Shown one piece after another: positions 50,861 through 64,000 of a DNA stretch of 64,000 nt (the stretch's first letter is position 1; each line of letters starts with the position of its first letter). The DNA is taken from positions 744,001 through 808,000 of the forward strand of contig LSRY02000006.1 in NCBI GenBank assembly GCA_001643675.2, given 5' to 3'. A program made the position numbers and the translations under genes. The notes under the pieces are model-generated. The model did not search any database and was not told the DNA's origin. It saw nothing but the letters and a program-made list of their open reading frames with translations. This DNA comes from Monocercomonoides exilis PA203. Taxonomy: Eukaryota; Protista; Preaxostyla.

Positions 50861-53086
50861 TCAAAAGTATTCAACTTCAACAGGCGCCTCTCTTTTAATG
50901 TGATCGTTCGTTATTGACAACTTCGAAGGTTGAGCCTTTTTATCTTTTGACTGGCGCTTGGAAGAGCCGAATCCCTGATATGTTAACAAGAACGAAGCAA
51001 ACCGAACAGAAGAAGAATCATAATTTTCAGCCTCATCCGAATCTTCTTCCTCTTCTTCCTCTTCTTCAAGGGAAGTTTCAGTAACTGCTCCGTTGCCCAT
51101 TTTCATCATAGACGTATCTTGTTCAGTTTTTTTCCTTTCCAGTTTCTCTCTTCTTTTCACTCTCCTTTCTTTCTTTTTAAACATTTCTTTTTCCTCTTCT
51201 TCTTCATTCTGTTGTTTTTCCAACAGCTCCTTCTTCAGTCTTTTGTAGTTGCACACTTTGATTGTGATGAAAATGCAAAAAAGCACAAAAGTCAAAGCCA
51301 TCACACAGCATACAAAGATTGACAATATCGTCAATGGATCGGAATCCGACGAAGAGCTCATTGCCGAGCTTGGTGAAACACGCAAATTGAAACTGCGATA
51401 ATTCGATCTTAACAGCTTAAAATATGCTGAAATAGAAAAGGAATGAGATTCTTCAGCTGGTTTGTCTTTACCCAGCCATTCATTGTGCACTTCTTTTGCG
51501 TCACAACTTTCATCGAGGCAAAAGCCTGCTAATTCTGCTGATTTACCTTCTGTATTGTCCAAGCAATTAGCAAATTTGACTGATTCATTCAACATCTTCA
51601 CATTTGAATCAAGTTGAACATCTAAAAATCCGTTCTGAATTGTATTGTTCACAAATGTGCATTCTGTAAATTCGACGCTGAACTTGTTTGAAAAGTCCAA
51701 GCTTTTCTCACTCACGTGAATGCTGATTGCTCCTCCATTAACCGCGTTATTATTGCTAAACACTGCTTTTGTAATGCTTGTTGCCTTTGTATTAAAACAA
51801 ATAATTGCTCCTCCTTCCTTTGTGAATGATTCTTCATTCCATTTCACTTCCTTTTCTGATGTTTCGCAGAAGCAATATGAAAAGATTGAAGAACTAACAA
51901 CAAATTCATCACAATCAAGTATGAAAACGGCTCCTCCTCCACCATATTTACTTTTTACGTTTTGAAAAGTCGAATTTTTGATGAAAAGAGACGCGGAATA
52001 AAAATTATCTTCATCTTTTTCTTTTTCTTCCATTTTTTCTCCAACAATATTTATTGCTCCTCCTTCTTCTTCGGCCCAGCAGTCAATAACCCTGCAATCG
52101 CACAAACTGATGTCGACAATTGTTGTACCCGAATCTTTAGATTTTGGCGCGAAACAAAAAACGCTTCCTCTCTTTGCACTCATTTGCTGAAAAGTGCAAA
52201 ATGAGTACGATATATTTCTGTGTGGTGATGTTTGCGAAGAGCCAAGTGAATAAAAAACTGAATTACGCTTATTATTGGATGATTCTGTTGTTTGATGTTG
52301 ATGAATATTCGAAAAAGAAGTATTCGAAAAAATGAATGATGAAACTTCATCCCAATCTGGAAGAATATTCCCAATTGGATGAATATTTCCGTTGGAAAAT
52401 GTGCATCCTTCAACTGTGAGTTGTTGAATATCATTACCTTTATAAATGTTGCTTGTTTTCGTATTGCTGCAAGTTGGTGTTGAAAGATTGGTAAAATAAC
52501 AATTTGTCATTTGAACAGAGCTCAGTGGACCAAAATTTTCCAAAAAATAAGAGTGAAATAACTCAAAATTTCCAAATTTTAAATTTGACATTTGAATATT
52601 CCCGCCTAGCTTGCCTGTAAAAAGAGAAGACGCTGCGGATATTAGATTCTGAAATGATTCAATAGAAATGTTATTTATTTCAAAATTCCCATCCTCCATG
52701 AAGAACAAAATTTTTCCTGCATCCTTTTCAAGAATGGAAGAGTCTTTGATTTCAACCTTTGAATCTTTAAATAAATCAACAATTGTGTTTAGTCCAGTTG
52801 CGGCAAGAGCAACTGACTCAAGGATTAATGAGGAATTCTTCACAATAAAGATCCGATTTGAAGTGTCATCATTTGGTTTCACAATAGTTTCCAGTACTGC
52901 ATCTTTCGATGATAGATCAGCAGCTGGAAAGTTCTTTATTTGGTATTGTTCTTTTTCCAGGGAATTCGAGTGCAAATTCTTGAATGAAGCATGAAGTGAT
53001 TTCCTTTTTTCACTGATCATTGTATCTGCATCAAATGATGCATCATTCTGGAAAAATAACGAAGATATGAATAAAAACAACAACAT
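50861..53086 (-). CDS. Type I membrane protein with Pmp-like (GGAI/FxxN) beta-helix repeats and a charged tail, no kinase
   Basis: Signal peptide MLLFLFISSLFF; EGGAINI, GGGAVFI, EGGAIIC, FSNNNAVNGGAISI; TM ILSIFVCCVMALTFVLFCIFITI. Confidence 0.8.
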   Translation of the reverse strand: MLLFLFISSLFFQNDASFDADTMISEKRKSLHASFKNLHSNSLEKEQYQIKNFPAADLSSKDAVLETIVKPNDDTSNRIFIVKNSSLILESVALAATGLNTIVDLFKDSKVEIKDSSILEKDAGKILFFMEDGNFEINNISIESFQNLISAASSLFTGKLGGNIQMSNLKFGNFELFHSYFLENFGPLSSVQMTNCYFTNLSTPTCSNTKTSNIYKGNDIQQLTVEGCTFSNGNIHPIGNILPDWDEVSSFIFSNTSFSNIHQHQTTESSNNKRNSVFYSLGSSQTSPHRNISYSFCTFQQMSAKRGSVFCFAPKSKDSGTTIVDISLCDCRVIDCWAEEEGGAINIVGEKMEEKEKDEDNFYSASLFIKNSTFQNVKSKYGGGGAVFILDCDEFVVSSSIFSYCFCETSEKEVKWNEESFTKEGGAIICFNTKATSITKAVFSNNNAVNGGAISIHVSEKSLDFSNKFSVEFTECTFVNNTIQNGFLDVQLDSNVKMLNESVKFANCLDNTEGKSAELAGFCLDESCDAKEVHNEWLGKDKPAEESHSFSISAYFKLLRSNYRSFNLRVSPSSAMSSSSDSDPLTILSIFVCCVMALTFVLFCIFITIKVCNYKRLKKELLEKQQNEEEEEKEMFKKKERRVKRREKLERKKTEQDTSMMKMGNGAVTETSLEEEEEEEEDSDEAENYDSSSVRFASFLLTYQGFGSSKRQSKDKKAQPSKLSITNDHIKREAPVEVEYF

Positions 53087-53201
53087 TGAAAAAAGATAAA
53101 ATATTATGGATTATGACCATATTTATTTTTTCATCATGGAAAATAAGATAATTTGGTAAATATCGATCTTATTTTTTAAAATTTTTATTTTATTCAACGA
53201 A

Positions 53202-55281
53202 ATGTCGTATATTTCTACGCAAGATTTTAAAGAATATGAACACAATTCTGAGATGTACAAAACCTGTGAGTCTTCAAGACATATAGGTCGAGATAGGTTC
53301 GATGATGCTTCTTTATCTCCTCCATTGACACCTGATGATGAGCCGCAAATTTCCTCAGTGAAACAAAAACGCACTCCTGTAAGAAAAACAGATATTAAGA
53401 GTAATCATACTATTCAATCAAAATCAGCTCAAAGATGCCCAACAAAGCGGTTTTCTTCATCAAGAGCTTATTATTCGCCAAGTGAAAGTATACGTGGTTC
53501 GATTCATACTCCGTCAACATGCAGATCAGAAGGTGCATCAAGTTATGCAATTGAAAGGCAAAGTGCATCTGCAAAAAGGCCTGAAACATCTGTTCATAAT
53601 TCAAGAATGAATCGTGCGAGTTCAAATCAAAGGCCTTCAACAGCCGCAGAAATAGCTATAACATCAACCAAAAAACCGTCATCGCAAAAATCATTTAGAC
53701 CTCGCACAAGCAGTAATTTAATTTCCAGAACACGTCAAATGAAATCGTCAACTTCATTATCAACTCCAAAACAAAATACGCGTTCTTTTAAGCAAGATAA
53801 AATTGCAGAAGTTGATGAAACTGCTGTATCACTTAATTTTGAATCGGAAATGAGTGAAGAAGTATGAATAATAACTGTTAAGTGTAATTTCTCAAAAGCA
53901 TACATTCAATTTCTTTTTTCCTAAAAGGAAATAAATGCTCAAATCGAAGAATTTGAACGAAGAAAGCAAATTGCAGTGAAAACGTATGAATTCTCAAAAG
54001 CAGAAGACGCTCAAAAAGCTATCGAAATATTAAAAAAGCTGAAAGAAGACGCAAAGACGCAAAGTTTGAAGAGAGCTCATTCAGAACGGCAGAAACAAAT
54101 TTTGGTGTGTTCAGTTTATGACATCTTAATTTTTAAATGGCGATTGTTTATTTTATCTTGTTTTCTATTCCAATGAAATTTTATTCCTTCTTGAATAATT
54201 CTTGTTTGTTAGGAGAGATATCAATTTGAGAAAGAGGAGCTTGAGTTTGAATGGAAAACCTTATTTAATGCGCAGAAAGAGGAAGGAGAAAGAAGTTTGA
54301 AAGAATTAAGAACTGCAGCTGCGCAGAAGAGAAAACAAATACAAGATGCTCCAATTTATCCAGAAAATTTCCATCCTTCCAAAATTATTCTTGATTTAAA
54401 AAGAAAAGTATGATTTTTTTAGTTTTGAGCATTTTTATGATAAAAAAAAATATTTGTTTTGATTCAAAAATCTTCTCTTCTTCTTGCAATGCCATAATGT
54501 TTGCCTTGAATTGCTAAGATTGATGTTCTTTCTGCAAGTGAAAAATTCAAGGAAGCAGGAGCATTGACAAAGGAACTGAAAAAAGCTGTATGTTTATTTA
54601 GCATTCTTGAATAGTGTATATTGACATGGATTTTTTTTTTTTTTCTTTGCATTCTCAATTATTTCATGTGTATTTATTTGATGAATATCTTTTCATATAC
54701 TTCGCTTATCAATTCTCAACCAACGAACTTTGTGATTCGATGTGAAATGAATTTTTGTGGTTATGTGAATTCATAATTGCTTCAATGCAACAGGAAGCAG
54801 AAGAAGCAGAGGAGTATCAGAAAGCAATGGAAGATAAAAAGAGGAGAACTCTTGCTGCTTTAGATGGTATTTGATCGTTAAGCTTTATATGATTTTATTT
54901 AAGTCCTTCAATAACATTTTTATAATTTTTTCTTTATTTTCTATTTTTAATAATATTCATAATCAACTTCAGCAAAGCAGCAAAAGGATGAAGCAGATTT
55001 GTTAAGAAACCTCGAAGACCAAAAAAAGTCAATGATGGCACTCGAAAGACGGGCAAGACAAGAGTTTGTTATGAGTCTTTCTTTTATCTTTGCATAAAAA
55101 TCACTTTTATGAATAATATTTATTGTTTCTTTCTTGCTCATCATCCTTTTTTTATACCAAAAATGCGGATTTTTGATTTGGTTGTGCTTATTGTAGGTTG
55201 GATTCGCGTTTCAGAATGATTTCAAGAATGGAGGAAGATATTCAATCAACGCTCACAAAGAAAAGTCTGAAAAAGGGATGA
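53202..55281 (+). CDS. Multi-exon coiled-coil protein with a disordered Ser-rich N-terminus
   Basis: 221-aa first exon, then E/K-rich helical exons separated by GT-AG introns (GTATGA, GTGTGT, GTTTGT donors); ends AAGGGATGA. Confidence 0.62.
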
Positions 55282-55594
55282 ACGTGAAAATTTTTATCAG
55301 CTTTTGGTTTCTTTGTTTAAATATTCTCTTGTTGTTATTGATATAGTTACAATTTTTTTGACGTTTTTGTGTTATATTATTGCTTTTCAACAATATCTTT
55401 CGTTTGTTTAGTAAAGGTTTTTACTAATAAAAATTTTTTTGGAATTGTAAAGAGTAATTTTTGAAAACAGATTTGTTTTTTTATCAAAATAATTTATTTG
55501 TATAATTGTTATGATAAGCTCAAATGATTTCAAAATAGGAGAATTTTTAATTTCGAAAGAATTAAAATATGTTGATGGGTAAGATCTTTAAAAG

Positions 55595-58500
55595 ATGAAA
55601 GCACAAAAATTTGAGGGTTTAAAAGACGAAAAGGAAGACAAAAAGTTTAAGCGCAAGCGTGTCATTAAGGTGAGTATATGTTTATGCAAATTAGATTGTG
55701 AATATTTTTGTCTTTGTTTAGAAAGCTCGTTCTTACGCAATGTGCAAACAACTTGTGAAAATAACGAAAGGAAGGGAAATGGGAAGGGAAAATTACAGTT
55801 TGAAATTTTGTTTGTTATCTGTTTAATCGGTTTTATGTTTTTAAAGTTCCATTATCGACTGCTGTGGAAAAGCTTGGTGCTGGATCTGGAACTGCATGCT
55901 ATTTTTCTCTGATGGTCTGCTTTTTTATTATTAATATCTTTCATTTTTATGTACATATATGTGATATGCAATGTTAATGTGATGCTCCCGAAAGAAACAC
56001 ATGGCATTGATTTTTGGTCTTTGTACAATCACTGCCATTGCCACAATGGTTCTTTGCACTCAATTTTCATTCTTCTACCCGGATCCAACAGATATGTTGC
56101 TATGGATTACTCCTAGCAATATTGTAAAAGCCAGATGGGAAGAAAGTCTTGATTCAAATAAAGTTAAGTTTGCATTTATTTTTAGCATTGGAAAATTAAA
56201 AAGAGTTTAAATAATGTAAAGATTCATCCTCATTCCAGAACTCCTCTTTTGCATTTTATTTTTCGCTGGAGTTAAATGCATGCGTTCGAATTTGAAAGAT
56301 GTGGAAGATCAAGCAGATAATGAATTTTTGTCAGCTGGTGATTATGGAATGCTTGTAGATGGTCTTCCTCGAGATTTAAAAGATGCCAAGCGTGTTGTTG
56401 ATCACTTTGAGAAGCTCAACGCGCAAGTTCATTCAGCACTTCTTTGCTATGATGTATCGAAGTGTGGTCCGAATCAAGCTAAGCTTGACGAAGCTGTGGA
56501 AGAGGTTTGAGGCGTTTTACATTTGCTTTGATATAATTAAATATATATACATAACGTTTTGTGTCTTGTAAACGTGTGTTTCTCAGTTCCGCACAGCAGA
56601 AAGAGCAGAAGATACTTCAATGGCCAATCTCACTCACTTTGCCAAGAACTATCTTACTCATGAAGAGCGTATTATAGATTTTTCAAACCACGAAGGCGAA
56701 GAAAAACAGAGCGGAATCATTGGAAAGCTTCTTCGTTTGATTGGATGGAAGAGAGATCCAAGTATGATTGCGGCATTTATTGCTTATCTTCATTTTATAT
56801 GCAAAAAAAAATTTTTTTTTAATTTTCAATTTTTCTCTTTTCTCTTGTATTATGTGAATAATATCTACTTGTGTATATGTTTTGAATGGCAAACCATTTC
56901 ATTCAGTTTCTTATCGCGGAACGATCCAGAAGCTTTTGAAGAAAAGAAACAAGATGGGGAATCCAGCTGACAACAAGAATACTGGCGTTGCATTTGTGCT
57001 GTTTGAGTATTCAAAGGATATGAAGGACATCGCCTACAGATACACAACAGAGTCCAAATACAACATCTTTGGCACACTCACAAATATGACTGAAGAATTG
57101 TATGAATAAAATTGGATTGTTCTGAATTTTATTTGTATTATTGTACTTTGTTTTTTTTATAATTACATATCAACAATCTTTTTCTGTTTGCATTTCTGCT
57201 TTACAGGAAATTTGAAGGAAAATATTTGCTTCGTGTGCAGTCATGTGTTGAGCCAAGCGATGTGAAATTTGAGAATCTGGGAACAGGACAGGCAGAAGTC
57301 ATTATTAGAACTATTATTCTTGATCTCATTGCTTTGGTATGAAATGTTGCAATGTTTCTTCTTTTTTTTTCGTGGCTAACCTTATCTTCTATTGAATATA
57401 TTGAACTTATGTTTTTCTATTCTTTTTTTGAATATTATTGTTATTCACTTCTTTGATAAACTCAGGTATTTATTACAGCTGGTGTTGTCATCCCACACTT
57501 TTTCAACGAGCTAAAGACTAAAAACAACGACCTTATTCTTTCACTTGTGCTTTCATTAGTCGTGACAGTTCTTTCAACAGCTATCACAATGATCATCAAG
57601 ATGATGGCTCCATTTACAAAGAGGAGGACGCAGACGCTTCTTGTCTCCTCTTCGATTTTCCGCATTTGGGTGGCTGATTTCCTGATGGGTGTGTTTGCCA
57701 CATGGCTGTTCTCGATCATCGACTCAAAGGAAGTCGCCTACCAAGATCGGATGCCAGAGTCGCGGTCGAAGTACTTCATGAGCTACATCTGGTTCGAAGA
57801 GGTGGCAATTAACTTGCTGATGGTTATCATTGTAGATGTGGCGAAAGTGTCGATCATGCAGTTCACACAGATCGTTGGGCGGGTGATGCGCCTGCCAATC
57901 ATCATCTTTGCTGACAAGTTCACGCAGCATGAGGTGAACAAGGCATTTGAACCGCCGGCGTGGCCGCTCGAGATTCGGATGGCGCATATGATCAAGACGG
58001 TGTTTGTGGGCATGATGATATCTCCCTTCATGCCTGTGGTGGTACCGTTCCTGGCAGTCTACTTTGCCCTGCAGTTCTGGATTGACAAGTTCAATCTGCT
58101 GAGATGGTACAGGGCGCCTGCACAGTACTCGTTTGACATGATTTTGACAGTGTGCAACTACATCGAGTATGCCATCCACATCCACTGCATCTCAACCATC
58201 GTGTCGTATGTCTTGCTTTCTTATCACAGCAACCCTGAAGAGAACACCTTTGAGACTTATTGGTTCGGCTATGTGTTTGCCATCTGCTATGGAACATTTC
58301 TCTTGTGGAGATTTATCATGTGGCTGTACTGGGGATGCAAGAGAGGATTCATTGTGAAGAACAAAGCGCAAAAGGACGATGAGATGGACGAGACGTTCGG
58401 GCAGAAATTCTCCAAGTTTGAAGATGTGCTTCAGTGCTACATTGATATGCACCCGTGCTACAACGAGCCAGATGTGCACACAGCCAAAAAGATCGACGGC

Positions 58501-59427
58501 CTCGATACGACGCCAATTGCAGATTATCAGTATTACTCATACTACGGGAAGCGGAAGCATGTGAGGCCGCTGAAGAAGAAGATTGCCTGCTTAAATGCTG
58601 ATGGTGCAGAGAAGTATGTGGATGCCAGCAACAAGGCGAAAGTGAAGAGGGCGATGATGACGCAGCGGCAGAGAGACAAGCTGGATGGGAAATCGACGTG
58701 GCGCTTCAACTGGTTTGGTATCGGTGTGGACGATCCAGACAACGACGACAATCAGGAAGAGAATGTGAAGTTCGGCTGTATCGACGATGTGACGTTCTCT
58801 GCTGAGCCAGCCACGACGCAGGATGGCCGCTTTGTGATTGGGTTGGACTCCTACTCGGTTGCTTATCCGACGCCTCCTTCGGCTGATTCATCATCTTCTT
58901 CTTCGTCTTCATCGTCTTCATATCAAACGTATGAGAACCCTGCTTTTATTGTGGCGCAGACAGAAGCGATTCCTGAGAGCTCCCAGCCTACATATCCAAT
59001 TGCTCCTGGGAGTGCATATCCCATTGCACCAGCTGAGCCTATTGGAGCTGGGCCGATGATAGCCGAACCTGTTGGAACTGCTCCAATTATGGCTGAGCCT
59101 GTGGTATCAGCTCCTATCATGGCTGAGCCTGCTCCTGTGGTTGAATCTGCACCGATTGCTTCTGCTGAGCCTGTCTCCGCTGAGCAAGCAGCGCCAGCCA
59201 CGTTCCTTGTTGCAGAAGCACCAGCGACTTATCCAATTGCTTCAGAAATTACATACCCCATCGCTCCTGTTGCTGCTTCTGCTGCTGCTCCTGTTGAGGC
59301 ATATGCTGTCGAACCAGTGACAAATGGAATGGTTGTGGCAAGTGCTGTAACATATCCTACTGAACCCGCTGTGCAGTCGCTGCATCATCCTGTCGAATTT
59401 GATTATCCACAGCCACCACCTCAGTAA
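55595..59427 (+). CDS. OSCA/TMEM63/CSC1-related membrane channel, multi-exon, with a Pro/Ala-rich tail
   Basis: SAGDYGMLVDGLP, TGVAFVLFE, EPSDVKFENL, multiple TM helices, TQHEVNKAFEPP...SPFMP...FWIDKFNLLRWYRAP; tail with YPIA/AEPV repeats. Confidence 0.78.
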
Positions 59428-59963
59428 ATTGTTTAGCATACAACTGATTTTTTTTCACCTTTTTTTGTCAAATGTGTAAATTTTAAAAATCATTTATTTA
59501 TTAACTTATTTATTTATTATTTACCTACATTTTTTACCAAAACGTTGACTAATTTGTTAGGAGAATAATGTTTTCATTTGTTTATTTTGTGTTTTTTTCT
59601 AAAATGTTTTGACATTTTTATAATTTTTATAAATTGTTTCAGGGAATGTTTTAGTAATATGACTTATAAGAGCAAGATGACTATCTTTAAGGAGATTCTA
59701 TGATTAATAATTTTTTTTTAGGAAACTAGTTCTTTCATGCATACCTTCTGTGTAATGGAATTATGATTTCTGAACAATTTTTTTCCTTAGTTGTATCCTT
59801 ATAATTCTTAAACAAAATCAGTAGTCGTGTTTATTGTTTTTCAAAGTTTTCAGAGATGCCAAAATTTTTGATAAAATAACAAAATAAAACGATAGAATAA
59901 TAATAAGAAAAAAAGGTGGGGGAAAAAAAAATAAAAATATCAATAAAGATATCTTAGAGTGTG

Positions 59964-60162
59964 TGTTCCTTTTTTTAATCACTCTTTCGTTCCAGTTTTG
60001 TTCAGAAAATTATTCTTTTTGGGAATAGTTGAAAAAAGTCTGATGAAATTTTTGAACTGTTTGGAAAATTCCATCAAAATTTCCATTTTTTTTTCAACTA
60101 TTCCCACAAACAATAATTTTCAGAGCAAAACTAGAACGAAAAAATGATTTTAAAAAGGAACA
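59964..60162. repeat. ~200-bp imperfect palindrome (foldback or MITE remnant)
   Basis: 59964-60037 pairs with 60089-60162 (for example GGGAATAGTTGAAAAAA / TTTTTTCAACTATTCCC). The spacer is itself partly palindromic. Confidence 0.8.
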
Positions 60163-60545
60163 ACAAAATATATAAAAATATTAAATAAGCAAGCAAATAT
60201 AAAATCAAATACAAATAAAATAACAGAATGAAGCAATAAACTGTAAAATAAATAAAAAATGTTCGCCTATTCACTTTCAAAAAGTAATTTTTAAAAATTA
60301 CTAAAAAGTATAGAAAGGCATCAAAATGTGATAATAAAGCACAAATGTGCATTCAAAGTGAAAAGGTTGAAAGGGGTTGTTGATTTGAAAATGACTCCAA
60401 AAAATTAAAAAATAAAAAAAAAAATAAAAACTAAGTTAAAAATTAAATAAAAATTTAAATAAAATAGATAAAATCATTTATGAGTGAATTAATATTATCT
60501 TTAATCATTGGTCTATTTTAATACAGTAGCATCAATATGTATTGC

Positions 60546-61910
60546 TTAAAATTTGGTGGCAAAATACTTTTCACAATTGCTGCACCCCAGGTGGCAAATA
60601 ACCAAATCTTCGTATCCTTCTTCTTCCAGTTTTTCAACAACATTCTTTTTAAAGATTATAAATCTTTCCTTTTTTTTCAGTTCATCGTTATAACTTTTCA
60701 GATAAATTAAAAGATTTGACATAAATTTCAAATGACTTTGCACAAAAGCATCTTCAGACGGAAATTTGCATGACTCCTCCAGCATTGAATCAACAGTTTC
60801 GGTTGTAAAAACATCTTCCAAATAAAACGTCCAACGCGTTGTGGTCATTTCAACCATAATTTGTATGCATTGCTCCACAATATCTTTGTAATTGTTCCTG
60901 GCAAATTCAAATAACTGAATAATGCATGTAGCCAACCAATCGCATTCTTCTGAGGAAATGCATGCTTTTTTGATGACAAAATTGATCGTTGAGCACCATC
61001 TCTCGATTGCAATTGCTTCTTTATTGGATTTCAGTCCTGTTTCTTTTTTTTCCCAATTCACGCAACTTTCCAGTTCTTCAAGAGCATCTGTTGACTCCCT
61101 CACAAAATGCATTTCACCAATGATTGTATCTGAAAATCTCATGTCATCGTCTAATCTAAAGGCGAGTAACTGAAAGGCTGCTTGATAAGCAATAAGCGTC
61201 AAATAGCGACGATTTTGATGGCGATTAATTGTACCTTTCAAAGCACTCAGATTGACAGCTTTTCCATGTGGCTGTGCATAAATAACAGAATTATTCATTT
61301 AAAAGAGAAATATAAAAGCATACTTCAAAATGGTTATGGCGGCACATTGCCAATAAAGCCATTTCAACCTCATTTTGAGTTATATATTTACTTTTATCAA
61401 AAGCGGTTTGACTCAGATAGCTCATGCAGGAAATCATAGAATTTGCGTATAAATCTAATTTCGAATTGGTAAAAAGAATGCGACATATGCAAAGATCAGT
61501 CAGTAATGTTACGTTTTTAAAATTTCGTTTTTTGTCTTCATCGGCAATTAAAAAGTTGAATCTTTTACATAGGAGAGATTCGTTATAATCATCGCTATAA
61601 ATGTTTTGCAAAAAACTGCAATATCCAATACTCTTTAATAAGAAAATGGCATCATCATTGGATAGTTTCTTTTTCGCAATTAACCGATTAAGTTCATTAA
61701 ATGTTTTTTTGCTTATTATCAATTTAAGCTCTTCCTTATTCATGGTATCTGTCATTTCAATGATCTCGTCCATTTTCTTAAATTGCTCCTCTTCATTGAA
61801 ATATTCCAGTTGGGTTATCATTTCTTCAATAATAATCAAAATAGTTATTAGAAAAGCTTATTAAATGTTTCTATTTTTTTGTGCAAACTTGAAAAGCGTT
61901 CTGCCAACAT
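60546..61910 (-). CDS. Lineage-specific helical-repeat protein (3 exons)
   Basis: Splicing gives MLAERFSK|MITQLEYFNEEEQ...NHFE|PHGK...AYQAAFQLL...LEEEGYED. GT-AG introns at about 61829-61888 and 61271-61323. Confidence 0.7.
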
Positions 61911-64000
61911 TATATTTTTTGTCTTGTTGTAATTACAGTAATAATTGATTGCTAGAATTTTCGAAAACGTTTGGATTGAAAGAATTTCATCAAAGGAGAT
62001 TCTATAACAAAATTGCAAGAAATAAATAAAAAGACAGACTTTGTTCGTTTTTTTAAACAGTTGCAACTGTTACTTGAATGTAATGGGTTGCAATCTACAT
62101 TTTGTGACAAATATCCGATATTAAATTAAAATAAATCTGATTTAGGTTTTCTTTTCCCCTTTCATTTGAATTATATCTTATGGTGAAATTCCAACTCAAT
62201 ACGAACTTTAAAGTTATTGAGTGAAATAAATATTGATGAAATTTGATGAAAAATCTTGTGTATTTCGTTTTTGCAACATTTTAACTTTTGGAAAAATAAA
62301 ATTATAGGTTAGACATTTTGCAACAAAAAGCAATTTTTTTCCGTGAATGGAAAAATGACTTTTTTTATGTTTTTAAAGGCAAGCGAATAAAAAAAGAATT
62401 TGAGAATTATTGGTTTCATTTTGTGGATGTCGTTAATTTGAAATATGAGAAATCATTCGTACTTCAAATATGATGAAACATCTGTTTCTTCTCAATAACG
62501 CCTGACCATTTACTTGTGTCAATGCGTTTCATTGAATTAATAAATTCCTCAACTTTTGATTTTTGAATTCTTTCAAGTTATAATGAATCTGTGGTGGAAG
62601 TTTCATTTTTTTCATTTTTTTTTTCAAACCGTGATCAATTTTATTGGACTGAAAAATGAAAGATGATGTTTGTAAGATTCTGATATGGGTAATTATTTTT
62701 GAAAACATAACTTTTTTCGGTGTTTTCATTTTTCAATGATTGTTAGTTTTTGGAAAGAGATTTTGCATTTTCAAGAAAAAAGCATCACAACAATTATAAA
62801 AACTATATTTATGATTCATAAAAGATGAAGACGTTTTTAACAAGCTTTTTCACTTTTCTGTGTTCTTTTGCTGATATTCAAAGGATTTTATTCATCCGAA
62901 ATTTTTGAATAAAATATTGCGATATCAATAACAATCACCCATATGATAAAAAAGTAATTTTTGTTACATACCTTTTTTAACGCTTCGACATTGAACGAAT
63001 TAAAAAATAGCTTCAAACAATTTTATGTGAGATTTTGAAAAAAAAGATAAAATGAATGTGTGTCGAAAAGCGTTGATAATTTTGAAAAATAAAAAAAAAT
63101 TGTTTGTGACAAATGGGTGATTATTTTCGAAATAACAACTATTTCGGAGTGCTTGTTATTTAATATGTTCTCTTCATTTTTTATTCATATTTTTCATTTT
63201 TATATTTTATACAAAACAATTGTGACAAAAGTTAAACCTGACATTGAAGAAATACATATAATTCTTTAATTTGTGTAATAATTTTTGAGTGCTCATGAAC
63301 GAGTATTCAAAACAAAAATCAGTTCTGTAATTTGTTTGTTGAATATACTTGAAGGAAAAAAAAACCATTTTTCAAAAATATTATAAAACAAAACAAATTT
63401 GTGAATTGATGAATTCAAAGGGGAAAAAATATTTTAAACATCAGAAAAAAGATAGAGCTGAAAAAACAAAACTTCAATAAATTACACAAATTATGTTAAT
63501 TGTGAAAACTACACTTTCGTGGCAAATCTTTCGATAACAAACAAAACATAACATTTGAATGTGAAAAAGACAAGAAAACTATTGTTGAAGTTTGGAAAAC
63601 TTACAGTCACGAAAGTGTGTGACTTTCGTCGCTTCACCTAAATTCAAAATTTTTCACAGAAATATTGAACCTTACAGAAAATTTGAAAAAAAAATTAATT
63701 AAAAAAACAAATGATTTTTTTATCATGTTTGATATTATTTTTGATGACATAAATGTTTGTTTCAAAACTTTTAGAAAAAATATCAATTCTGGATCAAATT
63801 ACTATTCCCTCCCACGAATCAACAAAAGTAAGAATATTATTGCATTATTAAGAAATATCTTCCATTCTTGTGAAATGGAGTGTGCCGGAACAAAAATTCT
63901 TATCAAGATATGAAATTTTTGTATCAATTGAATATTACACATTTGCGACTTTACAAAAAGAACGAGTCATGTATTGATAAAAAGAAATATTATTATTTTG

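Noticed and set aside
63602-63630. TA|CAGTCACGAAAG with a small hairpin, similar to the pogo left TIR start
   Set aside because: No matching partner end within the window and only 7 bp of similarity.

Overview
Eukaryotic protist DNA: very AT-rich intergenic spacers, short GT-AG introns, GC-richer exons with poly-Ser tracts, and a standard genetic code (genes end in TAA/TGA). The gene families present resemble those of oxymonads such as Monocercomonoides; this is inference, not a database result. The window has three parts. (i) A transposon-dense 2-15 kb block: nested TIR elements/MITEs, an intact DD35D pogo-superfamily transposase with its own TIRs, a near-perfect foldback MITE, and a 3.3-kb TIR element enclosing a fragment of a surface-receptor gene. 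(ii) A structurally complete but decayed DIRS1-type tyrosine-recombinase retrotransposon (33180-37554) with ITRs, an ICR, gag, RT-RNaseH-adenine methylase and a YR with an atypical YxxK motif, coupled to pol by a TAATG stop-start. (iii) Host genes: two members of a giant single-pass receptor family with modular beta-helix-like ectodomains and a C-lobe-only pseudokinase, an axonemal-dynein-light-chain-domain/EF-hand coiled-coil protein, a Sip5/DA2-like RING protein, APC4, an OSCA/TMEM63-like channel and lineage-specific helical proteins. The best candidate for an undescribed system is the modular receptor-pseudokinase family together with transposon capture of one of its ectodomain modules. No rRNA, tRNA or CRISPR array was recognised.
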